From assembly GCA_005888595.1 (NCBI GenBank), contig VBAL01000114.1:573-64572 (forward strand): a stretch of 64,000 bases of DNA. The letters run 5' to 3'. The notes beneath the pieces are model-generated. The model was given only the letters and a program-made list of their open reading frames with translations. It had not been told where the DNA came from and did no database searches. A program made the translations under genes and the position numbers. Positions 1 through 7,873 of the stretch are shown piece after piece. The DNA comes from Candidatus Segetimicrobium genomatis (lineage in GTDB: Bacteria; Sysuimicrobiota; Sysuimicrobiia; Sysuimicrobiales; Kaftiobacteriaceae). Within the stretch, counting starts at the first letter, position 1. Each line of letters begins with the position of its first letter.

Positions 1-367
1 GAGAGATCTTATCGGCCAGGGCGACCAGCCTCTCCAGCTTGGCCTCTCCCAGGACGTTGTAGGTGAGGAGGATGTCGTCCAGCCCGCCTTCGGCCATGAC
101 TTCAGCCTCGCCGAGCTTCTGGCAGGTGATGCCCGCGGCGCCCGCGGCCACCTGCATGCGCGCGACGGCGGGTAGTTTGTGAGTTTTGATATGCGGCCGG
201 TTCCGCAGGCCGTGCAGGCTGAGATAGTTCTGCAACCGCGCGATGTTCTGTTCCATCACGGCGAGGTCGATCGTCACGGCTGGCGTATCAATCAGGTCCA
301 GTGACGTCCCAGCCTGCGCGGCGATTACGGGGCCCTCTTGAGCTGGCTGCGATGGTTGGACTGTCAT
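1..367 (-). CDS. PLP-dependent D-serine deaminase-like / alanine-racemase-N-domain (DSD1-type) protein, N-terminal portion; gene runs off window start
   Basis: Manual minus-strand translation from ATG 367-365: MTVQPSQPAQEGPVIAAQAGTSLDLIDTPAVTIDLAVMEQNIARLQNYLSLHGLRNRPHIKTHKLPAVARMQVAAGAAGITCQKLGEAEVMAEGGLDDILLTYNVLGEAKLERLVALADKIS. The RPHxKTHK motif is the PLP-lysine region of fold-type III D-serine dehydratase-like enzymes. ATGA overlap with the stop of the upstream TIM-barrel gene. Not in the supplied ORF track because no stop is in the window. Confidence 0.6.
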   Translation of the reverse strand, partial: MTVQPSQPAQEGPVIAAQAGTSLDLIDTPAVTIDLAVMEQNIARLQNYLSLHGLRNRPHIKTHKLPAVARMQVAAGAAGITCQKLGEAEVMAEGGLDDILLTYNVLGEAKLERLVALADKIS

Positions 368-1224
368 GGAGCCAGTCGCCGGACCAGCGATCGCAGGTGT
401 TCGGCCAGCCCGCGGGCGTGCGCGCGGAATAGATTGTATCGATACTCCGTGATCACCGAGCCCTGATAGCCGCGGAGCTCGGCGAAGGTTTCCTCGTACG
501 GGATCGCGCCCCATCCCACCGGCAGGTGCAGGTCGCCCCGACCCACAGGGAAAATATCCCGGGTGCGCTGTGTGCGATAGAGTGTGAAATTCTCCAGCCG
601 CAGGGGATCGTACCGCCCGAAGTTGTCGGTGACGTGCAGGTGGATCAGCGGCGAGCGAGCCGCCCGGACGGCCTCGAGATAGTCGAACCCGAAGTAGCGC
701 GCCGCGAGAAAGGCGTGCCCGACATCGAAGGTCAATCCGACGTTGGGCCGGTCCACCCGGCGCACGAAGTCGAGAACCGGAGCGAGGCGTTCCACCTCGA
801 TGTTCTCGATGCCGATGCGCAACCGCTGGTTCTGGGCGCGGTCCGCCAGGCGTCGCACCGAGTCCAGGAAGGCGGTTTCCACCGCCGCATCTGCGCTCTG
901 CTGCTCGAAGTGCAGCACCAGCACCTCGGCGTGGATCAACCGGCAGAACTCCACGACCGACTCCGCCATCTGCATCTGCAGGTCACGATCGCGAAGATCC
1001 CGCAGATCCAGCGCGGCCGGGCTATGCACCGAGTACCGAAACCCGTGACGTTCCAGGACCGGCACGACGTCGTTGACCAACGGGTACTGCAGGCGTCCAC
1101 AGAAGATGAGGTCGAAGCCATCCGGCGAGATCTCGACGGCGTCGTAGCCGAGGTCGTGCAGAAAGACAAGCTCATGCTGCAGATCGGATGTGGGGCTGAC
1201 GGCGATGCCGACCGGATTGGGCAT
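364..1224 (-). CDS. sugar phosphate isomerase/epimerase (xylose-isomerase-like TIM barrel)
   Basis: C-terminal 287 aa of ORF 364..1677 has the TIM-barrel family signature (DxVxLHxEQ, GIENIEV). The ORF's N-terminal 150 aa is low-complexity and overlaps the convergent SBP gene. Internal ATG at 1224-1222 (MPNPVGIAV...) gives a family-typical length. Confidence 0.75.
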   Translation of the reverse strand: MPNPVGIAVSPTSDLQHELVFLHDLGYDAVEISPDGFDLIFCGRLQYPLVNDVVPVLERHGFRYSVHSPAALDLRDLRDRDLQMQMAESVVEFCRLIHAEVLVLHFEQQSADAAVETAFLDSVRRLADRAQNQRLRIGIENIEVERLAPVLDFVRRVDRPNVGLTFDVGHAFLAARYFGFDYLEAVRAARSPLIHLHVTDNFGRYDPLRLENFTLYRTQRTRDIFPVGRGDLHLPVGWGAIPYEETFAELRGYQGSVITEYRYNLFRAHARGLAEHLRSLVRRLAP

Positions 1225-1395
1225 TTCGATGGGATATTGGCACTGCGCCGCAGGGAAACCTCTCCAAAGGGCCTCTGCGGGGGAGGGAAGGGTCAAAGAA
1301 AAGGCGAAGACCAACCCGCCGAGTGATTGCGCCCATATCGCGCAAGAAAATACAGCAGCTTCAAACTCTGTCAGGCGCACAAGGGGGAGAGGCGT

Positions 1396-2541
1396 ATGAG
1401 GAAGCGGCTTCGCATTGTTCATTGGACCACCGTGCTCATCGCGGTGGTCTTTGTGTTTGCCCTGGGATGGTACGGCATCCCGGCCCGGGGGCAGATGGCG
1501 GGCGTTACGCTGTACATCAGCGGCGACACGAACATCCAGGAGATGTTCGATAAGGACCTGCTCCCGCTGTTCGAGCGGGAAACCAGCGTGAAGACCAAGA
1601 TGGTCTTCCTGGAGCACGGTCAGGGCGCCGAGGCCATTGTGGCCAAGATCATCGCCGCCAAGCGGACCGGTCAACAAACTGACGTCGACCTGTATGAGAC
1701 TCAGCCGACATTCATTGCAGCGGGCGCATCAGAGGGCATCTGGACGAAGATCACCAAGGACAACGTAGCGAACGCATCTAAGGTCGATTACAATCGGCCC
1801 GAGGTGCTCGTCTCGAACGGGTTCGGCATTCCCTACCGCGGATCGTCCGTGGTGCTCGCCTACAACTCGAAGTACGTCAAGACTCCTCCGCGCACGTATG
1901 ATGAGATTCTGGCCTGGATCAAGCAGAACCCCGGCAAGTTCACGTATTGCGATCCGCAGACGTGCGGATCAGGCGCCGCTTTCCTGTACGTGGCGCTGTA
2001 CAAGTACGCGAAGGCTGAGGACTTTTCCGGGCTAACCTACGACCAGGCCAAGACGGCGGCGTGGGAGCCTGCGCTGCAGCTCTTGCGCTCGCTCAAACCC
2101 AACATCTATAACAACGGCTTCTACCCCAACGGGAACGTGGCCGTCCTCCAGTTGCTCGGACGGGAGAACATCTACATGGCGCCGGTGTGGTCCGATCAGG
2201 GGGTAAGTTACCTCGATCAGGGCCTCCTGCCCAAGGACATCAAGCTCGTCCAGGTGACTCCGCCGTTTACGGGCGGCGACTCGGCCATTGCCATCCCGGT
2301 GCACGCCGAGCATCAGGCGTCCGGCCTGATGTTCTTGAACTGGCTGCTCACGTCCAAGGCCCAGACGATTGTTGTGAACAAGCTGGCGGGCTATCCGGGC
2401 ATCGACTGGAAGTACATGCCCAAGGACGTGCGGGACAAGTTCGCGGGGATCGCCCAGAATTTCAGCCCGCTGCCGAACGCGAAGTACCAGGCGGACGCGA
2501 AGCGGCTCTGGCAGGAGAAGGTGGCCGGCTCCGGCCAGTGA
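1396..2541 (+). CDS. ABC transporter periplasmic substrate-binding protein (PotD/family-1-like)
   Basis: ATG at 1396 preceded by AAGGGGGAGAGG RBS. Signal/TM segment MRKRLRIVHWTTVLIAVVFVFALGW. Followed directly by two permeases and a TOBE-containing ATPase. Paralogous to the SBP at 20103. Confidence 0.8.
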   Translation: MRKRLRIVHWTTVLIAVVFVFALGWYGIPARGQMAGVTLYISGDTNIQEMFDKDLLPLFERETSVKTKMVFLEHGQGAEAIVAKIIAAKRTGQQTDVDLYETQPTFIAAGASEGIWTKITKDNVANASKVDYNRPEVLVSNGFGIPYRGSSVVLAYNSKYVKTPPRTYDEILAWIKQNPGKFTYCDPQTCGSGAAFLYVALYKYAKAEDFSGLTYDQAKTAAWEPALQLLRSLKPNIYNNGFYPNGNVAVLQLLGRENIYMAPVWSDQGVSYLDQGLLPKDIKLVQVTPPFTGGDSAIAIPVHAEHQASGLMFLNWLLTSKAQTIVVNKLAGYPGIDWKYMPKDVRDKFAGIAQNFSPLPNAKYQADAKRLWQEKVAGSGQ

Positions 2542-2561
2542 GGTCGACGACTCGGGAGGGA

Positions 2562-3389
2562 GTGACCGGTCTCGCGCTGGTCCTCCCTCCGTTTTTCCTT
2601 CTCATCTTCTTCATTTTGGTCCCCGCCGCACAGGCGGTCCTGGAGACACTGCGCGTCGAGCGCAGCGGTCAGATCGTGTATTCTCTGGCCCGCTACGTGG
2701 AGATGTTCCACACCATCTCGCTGCGCCGCAGCGTGGGGTTCACCGTCATGGTGACGCTGGCCTCGGTGGCGGTCACCTTCGTGCTGGCCTACGCGCTCGC
2801 GTTATACCTGCGCTTCAGCCGGGGATGGGTGAGTACGCTGCTGGGGGCTCTGTTTATCATCCCCCTGTTCATTCCGACGGTCATCGCCTCGTTCGCCATG
2901 GTAACGTTTCTGGAGCACCACGGCTACATTGCCACCCTGCTGCACTACGTCGGCGTGGAGGACACGCCATCGCTGGTGTTCAACGCCACCGGCATCGTGC
3001 TCACCGAGGTCTGGGCGAGTATTCCTTTCGCGACGCTTGTGCTGCTGGCCGGGCTGCAGGGCATCGATGACGCGCTCATCGACAGCGCGCGCGACGTGGG
3101 CGCCGGGGCGCTGCGGACATTCCTGGCCGTCGTCCTGCCGCTCAACGCGGTGGCGACCATCATCACCATGAGTCTGCTCTTCATCGGCATCCTGGGCAGT
3201 TTCACCATTCCATATCTGGTCGGCGGGAACGCCCCGCAGATGATGAGCGTGGTGATGACCAACTACTTCACGAACTACCTGCGGCCGGATATCTCCGTCT
3301 CCCTGGCGGCACTGAGCTTTGTGATCGCCGGGCTGGCCGGGGCCGCCTACGTCGCCGGCGTCTCGCGCCGGGAGCGGGGTGCGGTGTGA
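2562..3389 (+). CDS. ABC transporter permease (PotB-like, binding-protein-dependent inner membrane component)
   Basis: Six predicted TM helices and the EAA-like loop DSARDVGAGALRTFLAVVLP. GTG at 2562 with GGGAGGGAG RBS, 20 nt after the SBP stop. The longer ORF start at 2187 overlaps the SBP gene. Confidence 0.75.
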   Translation: MTGLALVLPPFFLLIFFILVPAAQAVLETLRVERSGQIVYSLARYVEMFHTISLRRSVGFTVMVTLASVAVTFVLAYALALYLRFSRGWVSTLLGALFIIPLFIPTVIASFAMVTFLEHHGYIATLLHYVGVEDTPSLVFNATGIVLTEVWASIPFATLVLLAGLQGIDDALIDSARDVGAGALRTFLAVVLPLNAVATIITMSLLFIGILGSFTIPYLVGGNAPQMMSVVMTNYFTNYLRPDISVSLAALSFVIAGLAGAAYVAGVSRRERGAV

Positions 3390-4169
3390 GCGCCGTTGGC
3401 GAGGCGGTGCGCGAGCGTGTCGGCGGCCTGTTCTGGTTCTGGTCGGTGGGCGCGTTCCGGCGATCGCTGCCGGTGCTCTTCCTCCTTGGGCTGGCGGCAT
3501 TTATCCTCGGACCGCTGCTGAGCCTCATCCTCTGGGCCTTTGCGGGCCGGTGGTTCTACCCGGCGTTGCTGCCCCAGGAGTTCTCCGTGAAGTGGTGGGA
3601 CGTGGTCTTTGGAAATCGCAGCGTCGTGAATTCGATCAAATACAGCCTGATGACCGCCCCGACGGTCACGCTGCTGTCCGCGCTGATCTGCCTGCCGGCC
3701 GCCTACGCCTTCGCGCGCTTCCAGTTCCCCGGCCGGCGGTTTCTGCTGCTGTCCTTTCTCAGCGCCAACTCGTTTCCCAAGATCGGGCTCTACATCAGCA
3801 TCGCCACGCTCTTCTACCGCCTCCACCTGATGACGACGTTTTGGGGTGTGGTGCTGATCCAGTTGATGGGCACGCTGTTGTTCATGATCTGGATCCCCAC
3901 CGGGACGTTCCGGGGGATCAACCGCAGTCTGGAAGAAGCGGCGCGGGACGTGGGCGCCAGTGGCGCGCGCACCTTCTTTCAGATCACCCTCCCCATTGCC
4001 ATGCCCGGGCTGCTGGTTGCCGGACTGTTTGCCTTCCTGGCGGCGTTCGATGAAGCGCAGGGGACGTTGATCGTTCTCGATTCTGCTGACGCTGCCCTCG
4101 CTGGTGCTGCTGCTCCTGGCGCAGCGGTTGCTGCGGCAGGGCTACCTCGCCGCGGGCTACACGCTCTGA
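3386..4169 (+). pseudogene. ABC transporter permease (PotC-like) disrupted by an internal deletion/frameshift near 4078-4090; reads through into the ATPase gene
   Basis: GTG 3386 (GTGA overlap with upstream stop). Frame A is a canonical permease up to FDEAQGTLIV, then ~22 residues expected from the paralogue 23298..24143 (MPYVQTLPVLLWAYLGGRSSIFTY) are missing. The canonical C-terminus ILLTLPSLVLLLLAQRLLRQGYLAAGYTL* continues in the +1 frame, stop TGA 4167-4169. In frame A the ORF fuses to the ATPase (ORF 3386..5290, 634 aa). Confidence 0.65.
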
Positions 4170-4177
4170 GGCTGCCC

Positions 4178-5290
4178 ATGGCCGGCCTGCAGCTCGTCAA
4201 CCTCACCAAGCGCTTCGGGACGACGGCGGCGGTCTATGACTTCTCGCTGGATGTCCACGACGGCGAGTTGATGTGCCTGCTGGGGCCATCGGGGTGCGGA
4301 AAGACGACGACGCTGCGGATGATCGGCGGCTTCGCCACTCCCGACGGCGGCGACATCCTGATCGAGGGGCAGAGCGTCCTGGCGTTGCCGCCGGAGCGGC
4401 GCCCCACGGCGATGGTATTTCAGCGGTTCAATCTCTGGCCGCACATGACCGTGACGGACAACATCGCCTTCGGCCTGCGGCTCCGGCGCCTACCCGCGGC
4501 CGCGATCCATCGGAAGGTGGGAGAGACCCTCCAACTGGTCGGCCTCCCGCACGCGGCGCGCAAATGGCCGCACCAGCTCTCCGGAGGGGAGCAGCAGCGC
4601 ATCGCCGTGGCGCGGGCGCTGGTCCTGGAGCCGAAGATCCTGCTCCTGGACGAACCCTTCAGCAACCTCGACGCGCGGCTGCGCGTGCGGATGCGGGAAG
4701 AACTGAAGACGCTGCAACGCCAGGTCAGTATCACGACGGTCTTTGTCACGCACGATCAGGAAGAGGCGCTGACGCTCGCCGATCGGATCGCCGTGATGAA
4801 CAAGGGCGTCATGGAGCAGGTGGACACACCCGGGGCCCTCTATCGCCGGCCGCAAGGGCTGTTCGTGGCCGACTTCATGGGCACCATGAACTTCATTCGC
4901 GCGCGGTACCATCGCGATCGGGGCGCGCTGGCCGGCGGTCAGGTGGGCATCGCCGCCCGCGGTGACTGGCACGATGGCGCAGTGGTCACCGTGGCGTTCC
5001 GTCCGGAGGATGTGATGTTCGTCGATGGCGATGCGGGCATTCCCGTTCAGGTTCGTCGCGTCGTCAACCTCGGCCATTACCTGGAGGTCACCGTCGACGG
5101 CTCCGGGGTCGGGGCGATCAAGGTCTTCACGGATGGACAGCGACCGATGTCCGAGGGGCAGAGCCTGAACGTACACTTCAGGCGCATCCTGGTCTACGCG
5201 GAGGGCTTACCTCTCGCGGAGATCGAGATGCCCCGCCTGACGCACCTGCGCACTGCTGAGGAAGTGGTCGAGGGCTCGCCCAGCGTCTAG
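4178..5290 (+). CDS. ABC transporter ATP-binding protein with C-terminal TOBE domain (PotA/MalK/FbpC-like)
   Basis: Walker [11 protein letters not shown]-loop, signature LSGGEQQRIAVARAL, Walker B ILLLDEP, H-loop VTHD. C-terminal ~130 aa is a TOBE/MOP-like beta domain. ATG at 4178 (MAGLQLVNLTKRFG). Confidence 0.85.
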   Translation: MAGLQLVNLTKRFGTTAAVYDFSLDVHDGELMCLLGPSGCGKTTTLRMIGGFATPDGGDILIEGQSVLALPPERRPTAMVFQRFNLWPHMTVTDNIAFGLRLRRLPAAAIHRKVGETLQLVGLPHAARKWPHQLSGGEQQRIAVARALVLEPKILLLDEPFSNLDARLRVRMREELKTLQRQVSITTVFVTHDQEEALTLADRIAVMNKGVMEQVDTPGALYRRPQGLFVADFMGTMNFIRARYHRDRGALAGGQVGIAARGDWHDGAVVTVAFRPEDVMFVDGDAGIPVQVRRVVNLGHYLEVTVDGSGVGAIKVFTDGQRPMSEGQSLNVHFRRILVYAEGLPLAEIEMPRLTHLRTAEEVVEGSPSV

Positions 5291-5470
5291 AACCGTAGGG
5301 ACGTCCGATCACCTGCCCGAGGTGGTTCCGCACGAATCACGCTGAGTTTCCGCTGGTCGGTCAAATGGCTCGCTGCCCAGGTCGGGACAAAATCTGGTGT
5401 GTTTGGCGGAATGCGGGTACGTCAAACTTGGAATCGGGAGCCCTGGACTAGATCTGATGGCTTTCTATGC

Positions 5471-5761
5471 ATGGGGGTCCGGTACGTGACTTATCTGTAC
5501 GCCCTGGTGGTAATCTTACTGGTCGCTCTGCCAATCATCGTCGCGTTCGGATACGCTGCCAAAAGAGGGAAGTCTGCTCGGACAACTGCGTCTTTCGTTC
5601 TGCCGTACATTGCACTGCTCGCTTTGTCGTTTTTTTTGCTTGAAAAGCTCAGAGGGTTTGATCTCCTCGTTGCAACGGTAGTCGTTGTCGCGATTGGTAC
5701 GTTGGCATTCTATGTGTACGCGGAAATAGTCGACATTGGACTCCGAGGTCGCAAGAACTAA
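5471..5761 (+). CDS. small hypothetical membrane protein (~96 aa, 3 predicted TM helices) in low-GC island
   Basis: ORF 5399..5761; internal ATG 5471 (MGVRYVTYLYALVVILLVALPIIVAFGYAA...). GC ~50% versus ~67% in flanks. Uses TTA/AAA/AGA codons that are rare elsewhere in the window. Three hydrophobic helices. No recognisable family. Confidence 0.4.
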   Translation: MGVRYVTYLYALVVILLVALPIIVAFGYAAKRGKSARTTASFVLPYIALLALSFFLLEKLRGFDLLVATVVVVAIGTLAFYVYAEIVDIGLRGRKN

Positions 5762-6116
5762 CTAGGGTTCATCGGTGCCTGGCACCGATGAAGAAAAAAT
5801 AACTCGATTGGCATCAGGAGAATGACCCGGTTGGGTCATTGACGTCAACACCTACTCGTAGGGTTCATCGGTGCCTGTCACCGTCGATCCAGCGAGTCAT
5901 CGGTGTCAGGCACCGATGAAGCAAAAGGGGCTCGATTTGGCTATCGGAGAATGACCCGGCTAGGTCATTGTTGCAGGACCAGTCTGGTTGAGCCTATCCA
6001 GCGGCGCGATAACAGCGAGTGAGACTGTTCACGGTGCCAAGGCACCGATGAAGAAAAAATGGCTCGATTGGCTATAGGAGAATGACTCGATTGGGTCATT
6101 GACGCAAACACTTACT
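5762..6116. repeat. three tandem copies of a ~95-105-bp structured repeat (copy A 5762-5857, copy B 5858-~5976 with expanded stem-loop and divergent tail to ~6026, copy C ~6027-6116)
   Basis: Each unit has hairpin 1 TTCATCGGTGCC-N-GGCACCGATGAA (12-bp perfect arms; copy B arms ~20 bp with 13-nt loop), then GAAGAAAAAAT, then GGCTCGATTGG, then hairpin 2 AATGACCCGGTTGGGTCATT, then CAACACCTACTCG. Copy C overlaps the TAA stop of the TIM-barrel gene at 6112. Confidence 0.85.
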
Positions 6117-6939
6117 TGCGCACGATGCCGCGGAGATAGGCCAGGGCCCGCGGTACAGCCGTCGTCCCGGGCTCCTCGCCCTCGTACTCGACCGACACGT
6201 ACCCTTTGTATCCCGCCCCGCGCAGCAGCGCGATCGCGGCGTCGTGATCCACGCGCGCGTCGCGTCCATCGGGTAACACCTTGGTGAACTTGGCGTGGAC
6301 ATGCCACGCCAGCCGTGCGGTCCGCTCGATGCTGGCCTGGCCGTCGAGATAGTTCCCCGAATCCAGGAGCAGGCCCAGGGCCGGGCTCCCCACGGCTTCC
6401 AGGATCGCCAGTACGTCTGCCGCCGTCTGCACGAACCCGCGATGATTATGGTTTTCCATCACCAACTGCACCCCGAGCAGTTCGGCCTCCCCGCAGGCGG
6501 CGCGCAATGCCGCGATCATCGGGTGCCACCGCGCCGCGCGATCGCCTTCGGGCCATCCCGCAAAGGTCCGCAGGAAGCGTGTCCGCAACTGTTTCGAGAT
6601 GTCCATCCAGGCTACGGTCCGCAGCAGTTCCTCCTGACGTTGCGCGTCATCGGCCACTCCGAAGTCGTTCATGAAGGCGATGTTGACGATCTCCAATTTG
6701 TGGTGATCCGCCGCCTCGCGCAGCTCGGCAAGATGTTCCGGAGTCGGCGCGCCAATGTGTTTGTCCTCCAGCTCGACGGCCTTCAAACCGAGATCCTCGG
6801 CGCACAGGCGGAACCAGTCCACCAGGGTCAGCTGGCCGGCGTCAATTTCCTTTGCATACGACTCTGAACTGCAGGCGAGATCCACGGGCTCACTCCGTGC
6901 GAACGCGAGTGGGCAGGCCACCCGCGGCGATGCTGGCAT
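6112..6939 (-). CDS. sugar phosphate isomerase/epimerase (xylose-isomerase-like TIM barrel; IolE/IolI/MocC-like)
   Basis: 275-aa ORF with family motifs (VELEDKH, VMENHN, LDSGN, VHAKF). Start either ATG 6939 (50-nt overlap with upstream gene) or GTG 6885 (4 nt after the upstream stop). Confidence 0.8.
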   Translation of the reverse strand: MPASPRVACPLAFARSEPVDLACSSESYAKEIDAGQLTLVDWFRLCAEDLGLKAVELEDKHIGAPTPEHLAELREAADHHKLEIVNIAFMNDFGVADDAQRQEELLRTVAWMDISKQLRTRFLRTFAGWPEGDRAARWHPMIAALRAACGEAELLGVQLVMENHNHRGFVQTAADVLAILEAVGSPALGLLLDSGNYLDGQASIERTARLAWHVHAKFTKVLPDGRDARVDHDAAIALLRGAGYKGYVSVEYEGEEPGTTAVPRALAYLRGIVRK

Positions 6940-7873
6940 AGGCCGCGTCCAGGACGGCGAGGCTGTGGAAGGCGTCGTCCACCGTGACCGGGGGCGGAGC
7001 GACGCCCAGGCAGGCGTCGATGAAGGCGCGATCTTCGTCCACGTAGCCCCACAAACTCACCATGTCGGGGGATGAAAACTGCTGCCAGCCGGCGCGCGGA
7101 TTCTCGCGCGTCGTGTAGCGCGCGTGGTCCATATCCTCCGAGATCAGCAGCGCGTGATCGCCATAGAGCTCGACGCGCTCCTGGGGCGGCGCCCATGTGG
7201 CGTGGCCGCAGGTGCTGAAGGCCACGGGCCGGTCTCCGGCACACCGCAGCAGCAACGCGACGTCGTCGTAGTCCGGGTAGCAACTCTGCCGTCCCAGCGC
7301 CGCGACGCTCTCGATCGGTCCGATCAGCCAGGCGATCATGTCGAACAGATGCACCGCGGTGTCGTACATGAAACCGCCCGAGATGGCGACGTTGGTATAC
7401 CAGCTCGGCGTGAGCATGTCGCCGTCGTTGATCTTCACGTGGGCGGAGAACGGCGTGAAGCCGGCGTCGACGTGCTGCCGGAGGAAACGGTAGGCCGGCG
7501 CCCAGCGCCGGTTGAATCCGATCTGGTAGACGCGGCCGGCGCGGCGCACCTGGTCACGGATCTGCCGTCCTTCCTCCAACGTGGTGGCCATGGGTTTCTC
7601 AGAGAACACATGCAGCCCGCGGGTGAGGGCCTCCAGCACCACCGCGCCGTGATAGACGTTGGGCAGCGTCACAAACACCGCGTCGATCCCCAACGCGGCC
7701 AGAGCGGCCAGATCCCGGCACGGCTGCGCGCCGACCGATGCTGCTGCGGTCGTCGCCGCCTCGGCCACGGCGTCGGCGACGCCCACGAGCTCCACCCGAT
7801 GGTCCTGCGACAGGGCCTGGAGATGCCGCCGGCCCATCGTCCCGGCTCCGATCAGGCCCGCTCTCACGCCCAT
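6890..7873 (-). CDS. Gfo/Idh/MocA family NAD(P)-dependent oxidoreductase
   Basis: ATG 7873-7871 (MGVRAGLIGAGTMGRRHLQ, Rossmann GxGxxG). EKP motif (FSEKPMA). ~10-nt overlap with Zn-ADH stop. ORF track start 8071 is an unsupported N-extension. Paralogue of 26443..27447. Confidence 0.85.
   Translation of the reverse strand: MGVRAGLIGAGTMGRRHLQALSQDHRVELVGVADAVAEAATTAAASVGAQPCRDLAALAALGIDAVFVTLPNVYHGAVVLEALTRGLHVFSEKPMATTLEEGRQIRDQVRRAGRVYQIGFNRRWAPAYRFLRQHVDAGFTPFSAHVKINDGDMLTPSWYTNVAISGGFMYDTAVHLFDMIAWLIGPIESVAALGRQSCYPDYDDVALLLRCAGDRPVAFSTCGHATWAPPQERVELYGDHALLISEDMDHARYTTRENPRAGWQQFSSPDMVSLWGYVDEDRAFIDACLGVAPPPVTVDDAFHSLAVLDAAYASIAAGGLPTRVRTE

Noticed and set aside
364-1677. Full 437-aa minus-strand ORF as the isomerase gene
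   Set aside because: The N-terminal 150 aa are low-complexity, overlap the convergent SBP gene on the opposite strand by ~280 nt, and precede the family-typical start. The internal ATG at 1224 gives a normal-length TIM-barrel protein.
2187-2561. Permease start at 2187 (400-aa ORF)
   Set aside because: It would overlap the SBP gene by 355 nt in another frame. The first membrane helix begins right after the GTG at 2562, which has a strong RBS.
3386-5290. Genuine natural permease-ATPase fusion protein
   Set aside because: The canonical permease C-terminal helix and stop codon are intact in the +1 frame right after a ~22-residue gap relative to the paralogue. A deletion/frameshift is the simpler explanation.
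5399-5470. Upstream start (5399) for the small membrane protein
   Set aside because: The first 24 codons (MFGGMRVRQTWNREPWTRSDGFLC) are hydrophilic and lie in higher-GC DNA. ATG 5471 begins exactly at the first TM helix. Either start is possible; the shorter was preferred with low confidence.
5762-6116. CRISPR array
   Set aside because: Repeat units are ~100 bp with no unique spacers of regular length between short repeats. No cas genes. The units contain two internal hairpins each, which is unlike CRISPR repeat-spacer periodicity.
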